DNA of 64,000 nt from Bigelowiella natans CCMP2755 (taxonomy: Eukaryota; Protista; Cercozoa). Positions 41,301 to 54,655 of this stretch are shown piece after piece; position 1 is the first letter of the stretch, and each line of letters opens with the position of its first letter. The stretch covers positions 24,994 to 88,993 of the forward strand of contig ADNK01000588.1 in assembly GCA_000320545.1 (NCBI GenBank), given 5' to 3'. A program made the position numbers and the translations under genes. Under the pieces are notes generated by a model. That model saw only the letters and a program-made list of their open reading frames with translations, searched no databases and was not told the DNA's origin.

Positions 41301-42145
41301 TTTAAGTTCTGGGCAGACAGTCGATGTCAGTATTTTCTTTAGCTTCATCGTGATTGATTCGATGCTTGGATGCTCCGCTCGCTCTTCTGCAGAATAGAAC
41401 ATCGTTGCTCCCGATTCATCCCTCATCTTTCTAAGAACTGTTTGTGACTCCAGAGGTGACAGGCTCTTAAACTTAAAGGGGTTCTTCTCCTTTATGATCG
41501 GAGTCTCATCGCCTGGTTTCGTCTCTCCAATCATACCTTCAAAAGCTTGGATTAGTCTTTCCTTTTGAGTTTCCTCCCAAGTCTTGTGAGTATCTGGGTG
41601 TAAGTCTTTTGGCCCCTTGAAGCTTCTAGCCTTCTGCTTACTGTGATTCCAGATGTGTATCACAAAAGGTCTCTTCTCATAGCCTTTAATATCTAGCACT
41701 TTGAGCAACTGCGCCATGTCTTTAGTGAAGGGCTGTCGAAAGGACTGAGAGGCACCCATAAACAATACTACGTGCACTGTTTGTACTTCACGAGAGAATT
41801 GAGATCGTTGGACTTGTTCTGCGTCGTTGTATCCTGGGCCGTCAATAAGACTGATTTTGAATCCAGGAAAGCACAAATTTCCTCCTTCTGCGAGGACGGG
41901 AAACGGCCCGGTGATCACAAATCTTGCCCCTACACTTGACCTGCTTGAATTATGGTGCTTACTATCTGATGACTTATAGCCCTCGATGGTTCTTCGAATC
42001 TCACGGGAGGCTTCTGGTCCAGAGAGCGTCTTTTGAGAGTTTGCGATCTGTTTTGTTCGCGGTGTCAGTATTTATTATGGGCCCCTTTATTTTCATAGTG
42101 CAAGAAATGTATAGAACAGCGCATAAGCCTATTTTCTTTACCACA

Positions 42146-42195
<50 letters not shown>

Positions 42196-44307
42196 TTCCG
42201 GCCGGTTCTGTGCTCACCGGAAAGAGTTTCTCCCTTTTGCCATCGACCTCTCTGTGCAACTGAAAGTTCTTTCCATGCTCCACAACTGTTATTTGCTGTG
42301 TAACGCTGTTGCCGTCTCTCGAAGGCATAGGACCGTCATTGTTATCTTTTGAAAGGCCTTCCATCAAGATATCGTTAAGTATATAAGATTTTCCTAACCC
42401 CGCGTTGGCAATTATCGTGATTTTTATGGGAATATCTTCCTGCTCCTTGAGTTTTCCCTCCAATTCTGCTGTGGTGGTCCTTCCTGTACGATCCCCACCA
42501 GAGTGAATGAGGTTGGCCTCCTTAATTAAATCTTCCATCATTTTCGTCCGACCCTCAAATGTCTTGTAATCATCGCGGCACGTCATTTTGGAAGGCGTCT
42601 CTTTCTTGAAGCGTGACTTTCTCTTGCGGGTGTTTGGGGTTACAACTTCGGATTTACTTTTTGTAGGTGATGGTGAACCATGGAGTTTGGAAGTGCTTTC
42701 ACGCGTAGTCTCATCGGGACGAGACAGGTCTCTGTTCTGTTTTTTATAGATTTCCTCCTCCAAATATGATTGATCCACCTAGAAAATACAGAGCAATAGC
42801 ATGTAGGTTGGATACGAAGGTCCAGATAGAGATATATCTATGTAAGTACCTCTTTTCCTTCCCTGAGGACGCGGACCTGAATTTGAACATCTATATTTAA
42901 TTTTTCCACACGCGCATTAGGAAGCAAACATGGACCTCAATTTGCGAAATTTTCAACTCTTTTGGCAGCACTTCCATTGGGTTCGCTAGAGCTTTGAGTG
43001 CAAATATGTAATCGTGTAGTCCCTCGCCTTGTATTTGAATCTGCCGAATGAAGAGTTCAGGTTGTTTTCGTTTTTTGCAGGAAAAATGGTTGTGAGGCTA
43101 ATATATCTACTCTACCTACTCTTACCTTGATAGGTGTCTTGGCAATTGTGACAGCATCCATAATTTTTAGCACTGGTTTCCCATACTCTTTGTCACCCAA
43201 GTCGAAGTTTTCCAACTCCTTCTTCAGATCTTCAAGATCCTTTTTCGAAGCTTTATAGTCGAGGGCTATGACTAAGGTTAATGAGCCTCTTATGAACCCA
43301 GAAAGGCTTGCTTTTACATCCCGCACTTCCTGGAGATTCCGAAGATACTCTGTTACTTTCTTGTAGAGATCATTAAAGTTTGCATCCTTAAAGGGTACCT
43401 GGGTGTTTCAGATGTGAAGGAGTTGATCGACAAGAGCGAGGTTGTTAACGTACCTTGTATGTTATACCAATGGCCTTCTCCGATTCGGGCTGCAATTTGC
43501 CAAGAGGTCCGTAATAAGCTATTTCACAATTTCCTGGCATGAATTCTTTTATCATATTCTTATAATAATCGGAATAGTCAGGAATATTCGCATTAATGAT
43601 AATGGTGAGCTTTCTTCTCGTTGGAGAAGGAGGGTTTGAAGGAGGGAAATATTCCTTGCGGTCGAAAAGGAGTCCAATAACTTCCGCGTCAGAGTCACGT
43701 TTAGAGAGAGCATCCTCTGTTCTTGTAAACAATGACTTTATTTTGTCGGTGCCCTGAGTCATAAAACCTTAAGCATCAGAAAGATTATTCTCAGTTGCAT
43801 CGTTAGACTTACAGTATTTCTGAAGATGAAATCATAAACGCTTGTTCCTGATCCCCTTTCTTCTAGGCGGTACCCTTGGGAGTTGACAATTTTTTTAATG
43901 CGATCTTCTTCTCCTGGTTTATTCAGCACTTTTAGGCGCATGAAAAGATCAACATTAGTTGATCCTTCGTTTGCAGGGGTTGATCCCCCAATTGCAAGGG
44001 TTGATCCTCCAATTGCAGGGGTTGATCCTCCACTTGCAGGGGTTGATCCTCCACTTGCCTTGATAGAATTCTTCAGTCTCGATACTTTGTCGTTATCTAT
44101 TAAGTGTTCATACTTTTTTACCAAGTCATCTATGCTGCCTTGCTCTTCTTTTATTATCTCCAATGCCTTTCTCACGTTACAATTTCCTGGTTTAATTTCT
44201 TTCAGTATAGGTGTAACATAAGGTCGACCAGCATCTTCTTTACAGAACTTACGAACGTAGAGGACACCTAGTATTATCTCGTTTATATGCCATTTTGCGT
44301 CACCCAT
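37851..44307 (-). CDS. Large protein: unknown N-terminus, dynamin-like GTPase, helical region, GREB1/TAGT-like GT-A glycosyltransferase; frame break near 39490-39575
   Basis: ORFs 44307-43759, 43762-43445, 43326-43057, 42778-42065, 41918-39486, 39535-38168 and 38216-37851 are mostly linked by GT-AG introns. GTPase motifs IIANAGLGKS, SVT, LIDGPG, IWNH; GT motifs PVFIPT, IFVVV, WVRLP, CFIIDDNI, VNLVNL, KMEDY. Confidence 0.7.
43958..44058. repeat. Coding 21-bp minisatellite, about 5 copies (GGSTPAS-like heptapeptide)
   Basis: GGTTGATCCTCCACTTGCAGG and variants in tandem. Confidence 0.92.
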
Positions 44308-45230
44308 ACTCGGCAGTGCGCTGTGTGAGGTGAGGTGTTCGAGTTTAGTGACTTCGTGTGATTCCGAGCGTCACATGCGCATGCGACTGAAATTGATGCT
44401 ATGTCGCACTTGTGAAATTGCATGCAGTTGCTTTTTTCATGAGGTGTAACGCCGGCCTATGAGTAACCCACATTTCCATTCCTCGTTGATGACCGAATGA
44501 AAAAAACTCGAGTGACTCTCCGAGATATTTTTGTACAAATTCCAGGAGTTTCGTTTGGAGTACTTGACTGTGGCACATGCCAAATATGATTTGCCTTTGG
44601 TCATCCGATGCCGACAATGCTGCGGAGATGCAGCCCATATCAGACAATGGAAGGTGCAACTGCACCGGCTTCGTCCTGCCGATTTCCTGAGAATGTTGCT
44701 TACGACAACCTAGGATTAGTGTCTCAAGGACACTTTGGCAAAATTCTCATTCCTGACTCAAACCTGGACTCCTGGAAACGAATTGCCGTATATTTATCAG
44801 ATAAAAAGGCCCAGAAAGGATGTCGCATGGTTCAGAATTAGCCGAACTCGACTAAACTCTCCGCCTTCTTTTTTCATCCAGATCTTTATTTCAGAGCGTT
44901 AATCTTCGATTCAAGTTAGAAGCGATTCATATTCCCCAAGGGATTCAAAGCCTCGATATCTAAAAATTGCTGTCTTTCCAGCAAAAAGTGGAAAATCTCT
45001 GTCTGGAGGAGGAATCTGGTTCGAGCCTTAAGTCTGACCCATTTGATACCTTAATATTAGGCAAAGACTGAATAATTTGGAGCTTCACACAGTCCCCTAT
45101 CCGAGTTCTTGCCCCCTCCTCCGAGACAGAAAGAGAAGGTGGTGTGCAGTCATCGCAAACGGCCACATCTGTTTGCGAGAGTGACAGAGCGAACCTAAAG
45201 GTGCAAGGGGAGAGCGAATATTAAAGTAAA

Positions 45231-46384
45231 ATGATCCGTTTGCTGCTTTGTTTGGCGGTGGGTTCGGAGGCAGCGTGGACGAACCGTGACTCCCTCAATG
45301 AGCAGCAGGCCATGGACGTTCAGCGAGCGGAAGGCTTTCTAGGAACTACGTATAATACGAGTCAGCAGGCAGTAATCATCCAAGAGGTGTGGGTTGCTGA
45401 CCGCTGTACCTTCCAACATGCCCGTCATTGAGTCGCCTTGGAAGATGTTGAGTTGCGGGAATTGTGTCTCGTCGACAATGCCATGCTGTAGGCCGTTAGA
45501 TAGAGCGTTGGTATACTTGAGAGTCACGACGAGTCAACTAATTTTTCAGATCCCAACGATTGAACGGTCACGGAACAAGACAAACGCACATACGTCCAAG
45601 GGCGTGGCTGGCACTAGGCTTCACTCCGGGCTCTCGTCCTCTCCTTATCACACTATTGAAGATGCCGCTCGCAGCACCGAGAAACTAACGCTGGAGGTAG
45701 AAGCGGTTGAGAGGATGAAAAGGTGTCTTCATCTCATATCCTATAACTGAGCTGTGTTGTTTTCGCGAAAGAGGGTTCGTTGTTAAGTACTATTGGATGT
45801 TGCCGTTACACTAACACAGCTACTGGAGAGTCGGGATATACTTTGGCGCTATATGTCTTGTCATGTCCACGATCATGGCCATCCTTTCTTACTTGTTTCC
45901 GAAGGCTATTGAAACGTACGTTTGTGGCTAAGTAAACCCGTACAGTTCTGAGAATTATCATGAGAAGAACCACATATCTGCCCCTCCCTCTCCCTCCCTC
46001 TCCTCCAGTGAGCTTGCCGGTGGTACCGAAATTGCGACTCAATCGGCCTGCTGCATGTACGTCTGACAGTATATAATACTGAATAGTCGTATCCCCAGTG
46101 CGAGAAAAAGAGATACGGGGGGGGAGGGACGGGGGGGGGGGGTAGATTTAGACGAGTGAGGGCGGGAACCATCGGAATCAGCTTCACGATGAGCGACGAA
46201 AAGCGCTCACCCTGCACGGTAAGATCTCCTACATCTTACCATGGTTTTTTTGGTGGGAATATACAGGTATCAAATAAATGGTAAGAAGCCCGGCGGAGAA
46301 CAGTCGACTCAGGCTCGGAAATACCCGACCCTTCTTGTCACTGATGACGATGACGGCGACGAGGAGGAGATCCTTCGCAGCAGC

Positions 46385-46415
<31 letters not shown>

Positions 46416-46963
46416 ATAGTAGTAATAGTATTAGTAGCAGCAGCAGCAGCCCAGTTGATGAAAGTGCCTGTGTGATCGTCGGGAGTGATGGGATTGGAAT
46501 TCTCAAGGGAAACGACGAGGATGATGAGACCGAGGATTTTGATAAGGTAAGTATGTGAGCATTTGTAGCATCTGTAGATGGATGTGCAACACAGATCAAA
46601 AGACACAATTTCGGAGTCGAGAATGTCAGAAGATGCGGGTCAACGAAAAGAACATTGCCCGTTCGTCTTAATTCCTTTCCCTCGCATGGCATGTGTAACC
46701 CCTTAGCAGCATCGATTGATGGGAGGGGGCGTCTCGGTGAACGTTTTCACGATTATCTATTGCACACTGAAGCTCGGCTACGGGATCGCAACTCTTTGGG
46801 ATATGATTGAAACCTCGGCCAACGGATGTGAAGGGGTTGTAGTAGTAGTAGTAGTAGTAGTAGCAGCAGCAGCAGTAGTGCCCTACGGAAAGATGGGGAA
46901 AGGGCATGGTAATCAGACGTCCGTGATCACATATCCACGCAGAAAATAAGCGATATTTCTGCT

Positions 46964-47018
<55 letters not shown>

Positions 47019-47023
47019 TCTCT

Positions 47024-47062
<39 letters not shown>

Positions 47063-48359
47063 CGCGCGTTGTCAAGGGTCTAACACCTTCGCTCTCCACG
47101 CCAGGTTGTTATGTTTCTCCTCGGCATCAGTAGCGTGCTCATGATCACAGAGGGCGCGTTGGTGATGATGTGGGCGGTCAGTTGCCAACGAGAGTGGAGC
47201 GGGGAGATAAGTATAAGTGTCTTTGGATGAGCGATAGTTATCCTCGATGACTTTCCCCGCAAAATGTTGGTTTCGATCCTGATTCTGCTCAGTGCTGCCT
47301 CGTCGTTCTTTCGTGCTGAAAGAAGCCCTTGTTGATATGATGATTAGTACTCCTACTCGGCTGATATCATTAATGGCATGCGCGCTACTTGCGGTAGATT
47401 CTTCCCCCCTCCCCGCCCCCCCCTCCGCCCTCTTCATCCCCTTTTCAACTTAAAGTAACTCCTCCATTGCCCTGACTATTTTTCAAATCCCCTCTCCTCC
47501 CCCCTCTTAGGTCCAATTCTGCTCAGCTTGCTCATCATTATCCCACATGTCATCATTAACTCCGGTAGTGATAACGAGAAGGGGCAGTAGCAGCAGACCA
47601 TGTATGTAGATATGTTTGACATTATCCCAACCTCCCCCCCCCCCCCCGACATAAAATAGTCGGCACGGCACACGCCTATAGTCCGGGGCAAAGCGGGCAA
47701 TGCGATCTTGAAGTGTACGCTCAGGCGTTCTTCACCACGTCGTTAGTGCTGCATCTCGCCGATATTGCGATCGTGGCAAGGGAGTTCGGAATTACACCCA
47801 AGGTACTCGCTACTGCTAGCAGCAAAGGAGTTGAGCAGCTTTTGGGGGGGAGAAGGGGGGTAGTAGACCAGTTTTTATTATATTTGTGATTATGATTGTA
47901 CTTTACGTTCAATGATAGGAGAGTATTATCGAAAGAGATACCACCACTATCATCATTATCCCTATCATCTACTCATCACCATCATCATCATCATCGTCGT
48001 TGTCATCATCATCAACAGCAGCTTCATCTTCTTCTTCATTATCTTCTGCTAGAGATGTGCACTTGCTCATCGACAAGCTTATTTGCACTAAGGTCGAGTG
48101 GAGCCCCTACAGTATTTTCTAAGTAGGCTAATAGCCTTACGGCTGGAAGAAGAAGAAGAAGATGAAGAAGAAGAAGAAGAAGAAGAAGAAGAAAGCAACG
48201 AGTGTCTCCTATTCGGTACTGTCGCCAATCTATAAGTCACAAGCAAAAAGCGCAGCGTTCTTCCCTACTAAAACCCTTAAGGCGCAAGATGCAAGTATTG
48301 GTGAAACATTCATGAGCAAGAATGCTTCGCTATTCAAGAAGAGCAGAAACAGTAGCTAG
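45231..48359 (+). CDS. Hypothetical multi-exon membrane protein with signal peptide
   Basis: MIRLLLCLAVGSEA start; hydrophobic GT-AG-bounded exons (VVMFLLGISSVLMITEGALVMMWA; AFFTTSLVLHLADIAIVA). Full splice path unresolved; family not recognised. Confidence 0.45.
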
Positions 48360-49111
48360 TAGTCCAATTCGACACGTCCGCCTCCGCACAAATCGTGCAA
48401 TTCTAGAACAAAGTGTGACTGGTGAAGTTTCGATCAATGATGCAATGCAGTGGCTTGCAAAGACGCGATATATATACTGTGCGCTTAAAACCAGTCATTC
48501 TTAGCGCTGTGTATGCTGTTTGTTAAGCAGTAACACGGATGAGGCTATAACGCATGTGTAAATAGATGTATAGCTAGATAGCTTAGACGTGGATTCGTGA
48601 ACACACAATAAACAATGAACGTCTAGAGCACAATTCGCGCATGCGTGCAAGATGGGCTCAATGCACATCACACACTATGCCACACACACATGCACATTAA
48701 TGGTTATTACACCGTGCAGTGCGTGCTGCGTGCCTATCTAAGCTATGCTTACTAGCTTAGTATAGGCGAGTGCATCTAGGCACATACCGCGGGTATGTGC
48801 TCATGTGTTGTCTGGCTATGTGCAAGCGCTGCGCACGCTGACATTGATGATGATGCTATGATCGAGTAAACACAATCCATGCGATGGATGGCATCTAGAT
48901 GTAGGATGTAGCCCGCCAGTCGCGCACGATGCGATGCAACAGCATTATTTTGTGCTCCATGCATGCATACACGCAACCATTTCTCATCATAGTATCACCA
49001 CTAGACCATTTATGCGACATTCGATGAGCAATGAACACTACTACACTATCTAATCTATGTACACTCGAATAATATAACAGCAAGTTAAGCTAGTAAGCTA
49101 AATTAAATCCC

Positions 49112-50145
49112 TTACGATTGACTATGCAATGCCTCGTTCGTTCCGGCTATGCGCGGATCTCGCGGAGGCACCATGATCTGGAAGATGCAGTCTGTTGTTG
49201 CACTCCCTTTGCTCCCCTCCCTACCCTGAACGAGTTTCCTCACTGGAACACGGATCGAACCAAACTCGAATTCCCTGCCCAGGATGCCTGACGCTACGAT
49301 AATGGGCGTCGTCGTAGTAGCGGTAGTAGCGGTTGTTTTGCTAGTGTTTACTACGCCTTTTTGTTTTCCTCCCTCTCCTGTTTGTGTCTCTCCTCTACCC
49401 TGCTGCTGCTCTGTTTGCAAGGATGATGGTTGTGATGGTTGGGATGGCGCTGCGGCTACTTCGGCCCTACTGCCGCCTGCACTTGTGGGCACCTTGTCGT
49501 CTATATCTCCTCCATCTTCATGATCTTTTTGCTTCTTTGGTGGTTCATTTTCACCGGTATCCGCCGCCTGCTCCTCCTGCTCACCCACCTCTATCTCCTC
49601 GAAGACCAGAGCGGTGATGACGAGCAGCTTTGTGCCCCATCTCAGTAGCAGCACGCAGTTTGGGCGCGAGAGGACCAGCGCGATCTCGCTTGCCAGGGAG
49701 GCAGTGACGTAGCTGGTACGAGTTCTAATCTCATCGGACTTTGAGTCAGCAGGAACAACGACATCGAGAGAGCGGCCCAAGCCGCTCCGTTTGTACAAGT
49801 AGGCGACGTGGGCTTGCAGACTAATCTTCTTTGAAGCTTTGTTGAGCCACGCATAGATGCAGCGGCTACCATGGATGACCTGGTGTTGCTTTGGGGTCGT
49901 TCCAACGGTGTTATGGGAATAATGCGGAGACAACAGGATCTCCATGGTCTCTCTCGCCGTGAGCTCCGGTGGCACTACTACACTCTTTGATGGTGTGAGA
50001 GGATGTGCCTTGTTGCGGCGCCGAAGGAGGCGAGAGCGATCAATTGAGCCTTTAGCTGAGTGGAACGTTATGTTGAGGATGAGAATGGGGTGTTTTTACG
50101 ATCAAGTGGATGTGATGACATAATCATTAAAGATAAAAAAGGCAC

Positions 50146-50193
<48 letters not shown>

Positions 50194-50684
50194 TGACTAC
50201 TTGTCCTGTTGCGTCGATGTCCTGGCCGAAAGAAGTGCCGCATTGGATTGAAAAACTTCTCCATCGTAGTCTCAACCTCCTCGTCATGGGGACCGTCCTC
50301 CTCTTCCTCCTCATCGTCCTCTTCGTCGCCTTCCTCCTCCTGCTTCCCTATTCTCCTGATACTGTCCTTCGCGGACGAGGTGGAGGGAGTCGAAGGCCAG
50401 ATTGAGGAAAAAGTACCCATAATTCTTCTAGATGCAACGTCGAACCAGCCGTAGTACCCCCCAGAGGAATATTCTAGTAGGTTATCGGCATCTGATTCCT
50501 CCCTCATCCCCTCTTGATTTAGCCAGGCCGAACGTGTAAGCCTCTCCCGTGCCCCCGCCGTTATCCGGACCTTTAACTCACCCACACAGTATCTTCGTAA
50601 GGTCTTATACATAGCATATACCGCGACGTTGGCGGCATAGATAGGGATTGGTTGGGAGGGGGGCGGGTCCTGGTATTCCGCCAT
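49112..50684 (-). CDS. Hypothetical protein (two large exons)
   Basis: ORFs 50684-~50197 and ~50050-49112 separated by a (CT)n-containing intron; protein-like composition with acidic linkers; family not recognised. Confidence 0.6.
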
Positions 50685-51621
50685 CGTTCCAACCGCTCGT
50701 CAGCCCGTATTGTCGCCAGTTTGCTTCACTTAGTATGACGTAAGGAAAAATCACAGGCGTTTTCTGTTGAAATATGCCTGCATTTTCCTGTTAATATTTT
50801 AACGGAAATATATCTACGTCTTCCTATGATTGGCATATACGAATAACATGGCTTTGTCAGTAACAATTATTGCTGCTAGTCGAGGCAAAAACATCGAGGA
50901 TATTATTTCTAACCGTACGTTATGACGCAACAAAAAGACCATCGATGATATTTATTTTGTTCTCGCCAGTCAATAGTACCAGCGATAAACATCCATAACC
51001 ATTTTTGTTTCTTCGCGCCATGAAAATGAAAAAAGAAAGAGTTGCACTGGAGTTTGTGTTCGGTAGGAGATCTAGTTGGACTCCAATTGCAATAAATTCT
51101 CTACTGCAAACTGCAAATGAAATGAAATCCTGAAATCCTGGAAACCCAGGAAATCCTGGAAATTGACGGCATTTCTTTCGTGCGACTTCAAACAAGAGGG
51201 TCGAAGCTGAAAGCAAACAAATTTAGAAACAATTGCAATAGATCTAAATGTAGATCTAGATCTATCCATGGATATTGCAACTACAATTGCAACATCGAAG
51301 ATGTTCGACTTTTCCATAGGGAAGGAAGTTGCGATTTTGGTTCATAAGTGGTCAAAGTGGGTTCGATTTTGCTTCTAACCGCCTCTATTTGAGTGTTGGA
51401 GCTTTCCTGGGAAAAGTGTACTAAATCAGGGCAAGATTCGTACGAGTATACTTCCCCCCTTCTGTTTGTAGTTCCTGATTTGCGATCACTTGACGACTGC
51501 AGGCCGACGCAGGAAAGAAAGTTATCAACAGGTTTGGTGTTTCGAATCGTAACTGTGCGCAACATTTGTGCGTCAATTGCGATGGTAATGGTAGAAAGGA
51601 GCCGTGGCGCTGAGCACATTC

Positions 51622-52328
51622 ATGGACTCATCTCCAATCGCACATCAGGTCAAAATGGCAACCAAAGAGGCGGAAGAAGTTCAAAAGTCTCCCAAAAGAC
51701 AACGGCTTAGCGGGCCATCGTTGAGCGAGCAGTTGGAAATTGTTAAGGTACGTGCTGAGAAATGAATGCAGGTGATAATGGGGAACCGCGCTGCATTGTG
51801 ATACACTCTATCTTACCATTATCTTGCCGTCCCTACCCTGATATAGGTTCTATACAACAACTTGGAGAACAAAACCCTCACGACTTTGGGGAGGCATAGA
51901 AAGACAGGTGATTAGATGCGTAGCTTCTGAGCCTTCCTCAAATCTTCCAAATCGGTTGCGTGGTGCAGCTTCAAGTTTCGTATTTTTGTTTTACGATTTA
52001 TTGGCATCTGCCCTTCTGCCTCTCGGCCGTGTAGGAGATAAAGCTGTGATCCTGTTCAAGAAACACCCATTCGAAGAGAATGAAATTGGGAAAGAACTTG
52101 CCTTGGAATCGAAGGTTTCATCGTTTTTGCAGATTAGAGCGTCACATCGTCCAATCTTTGTTTTGTTCACAGAAAACATTTGAGAATTCTCGGTTTGCAA
52201 AGTACCTCATGCAATCGTTATCTCCGCTTACATGTGAGGTAAGTATGTCTCCCTCCGATGATGGGTTTATGTTCGTATGACAATGAAGCTGGGATGGAGA
52301 CTTTTAAATGATTAGCTCTCGCAACACA

Positions 52329-52382
<54 letters not shown>

Positions 52383-52398
52383 TTACCGTATATACATA

Positions 52399-52430
<32 letters not shown>

Positions 52431-53702
52431 GTGTGTGTGTGTGTGTGTGTGAGTAATATATTTGTTTATCAGGTGATATGCCCAGCGACTGATAAAGATA
52501 TACGCAAGTATTCCCCACAGGAAAAGTACCTCTTACGAGAGACAGCAGAGATTTATCGAAGCGTGGCAAAGGTGTTACCACTAATCTCCTTCCTGAAGCG
52601 TGGTGAGTGATCCTGATATTGTTATTAGCCAATCATCGACGCAGTTCCAGAGTCGGACATTGAATGGTTTGTCCCTCGCAGCGATGCGATCTGGATATGT
52701 AAGCACATCCCTGATGATGTGCCACCACCTCGTATGCTTAGGGTCTACAATATAATTGACGGGAAGAAGGAACAAGAAAATGTTCTGCTGCAGAAGGGTT
52801 GTTTCGCTGTTTCCTCACTTTACTTTCTACTTCTGAGTAAGAACCGATGCGTGGACAGCGAATTACATGTACCTACCGATAATAATTAGGCGACGACGGG
52901 TACATGTGTTTCGTCGATTACAAATGGGAAGATAAGTCACAGAAGAAGGGATTGCATCTCCTTGGCCTAGTAACTTCACCATCCATAACGCAGTTGCATA
53001 GTACTTTATAAATCTCTCAACTCACGCGCTTGATCATTATTCTGTTCGATTATTAGCCGACCGAACGGAAAACTCTACGGTCCATACGAGACCTTAGGGG
53101 AGAACACCTTGCTATGCTGAAGAAAATGCGAGAAGATATCTTACTAGAGATAAATAAGAGATTCTCGATACCATCATCACAGGTGATATATATATATATA
53201 TATTTATTTATTTATTTATTGTATTGTATTGGTACTCATTTCAATCTATCTTATAACCCTCTTTCTCGGGTCATCCCTGTTTGACCCTGTTTAGGTTCTA
53301 GCCTATTTTCATTATTATCCGACCTTTTGGCACCTTCACATCCATTTCCAGCACGTGCTTGGCTCCTCGATGGGCAGGTGGTGGTGCTTTCCGGCAAAAA
53401 CGCTTCATGCCTATCCTTCATCCTGCCCGATATTCTCAAGCTGAAGAGTGCGTCTGGTTTCTTAAAACAGGGAAATAGGAAGGGCTATTCCGCTTGACGA
53501 TGTGATAGAGAATTTGACCGCCGACGGCAATTACTACGCAAAGGTCCGTATACTGTTAATGACTTTTTTTGCAAAAATTAAGCTAACATTTTTTGCAATA
53601 ACCTGCATGTCGGAACAGGCTACGATTACATGCATGGTAAGCAGTGTAAAACACGCGGATATCATTAAGAAAGCCATTGAGGAAAATGCTGTTGAAATCT
53701 AA
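51622..53702 (+). CDS. DCPS: m7GpppX scavenger decapping enzyme (HIT family)
   Basis: VICPATDKDIRKYS..LLRETAEIY, WVYNIIDGKKEQE, RDLRGEHL, YFHYYPTFWHLHIHF (HIT motif), KAIPLDDVIENL..YY. Confidence 0.95.
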
Positions 53703-53940
53703 CTAATTTCAACATTCGTGAGTATATTCTTGTCACTTTCGCTTTCGCAGCTACCACTGCTGAGTGTGACACAGTTGACGCGGTTGTGCATGAAAATATA
53801 CAGCGTAACACTGCGATGCTTAGCTAGATTTGCAAATCACAACATGTCTACCAGCTTTAGTACATTAGACGACATGCAGCTGCAGAATTTGCAGGCTGCA
53901 AACCTGCCAGGAGATGCACCGCAGTGTCACTAGCCATTAC

Positions 53941-54420
53941 TTGATCTATCGGCGAAGCAGGGTAGTGGGATGTGGCGGTTGGACTAGCGCAACGAGGCCG
54001 CTGCTGTGCTAGTGCTTTTGTCGTGGCAGACAAGTTGTTTCAGCACAGCTCGATGCGTTGCGTTTCTGAGATCATTGGTCGCGACCAAGGCCGCCTGTCC
54101 AATTGTGCATGCATTGCGCTAACAGCTGGCGTTTGCGCGCATTGAAGCGTTGTGCATGTCCTGTGCATGTGTCACGTCATGTGCTTGCAGACACAGCACT
54201 ACGTTGGTGCATGAGTGCATGACGCAAGACTAGTGCTCTGTCGTTTCATTGAAATGTGCATTGCTAAATTTCAAAACACATCGCAGACTTCGCGCTCGGA
54301 ATTCGATGACATCACTAGATGCAATTGACTAGATGTGCAGATCACATCAGAAATGAATCCGCTAAAACCGTTTGCAGTGCATGTGGAAAAGTGAAACCGA
54401 CGGGGAACATGCTACCATTT
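53941..54420. other. TpA-depleted intergenic tract 3
   Basis: Manual count gives 12 TA in 480 bp, all in CTA or TAG context. Confidence 0.85.
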
Positions 54421-54655
54421 GATGCTGTAATTTCCATTGACAATTTTCCCCACTACTAGGAAACATTGGTTATTTACCTGCGACATGGGGGAACGCGTTG
54501 TTTGCACGTACGCCATTGCTGTGAGAGCTCATTGCCACGGGAACCCCCGACGGGATTCGCCGGGATTCGCCGGGATTTCACCACGGTAGGAAATCCTTGT
54601 CGCGATATGGAAACACCATGTATTTCATGTCAAAACCAAACCGAGCCGAGAAAGG

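Noticed and set aside
44400-45170. Short ORFs between the GTPase-GT gene and the membrane-protein gene
   Set aside because: No consistent splice path or recognisable motif.
35400-45200. Autonomous transposon or endogenous virus spanning the intron-poor island
   Set aside because: No transposase, integrase, reverse transcriptase, capsid or matching termini found.
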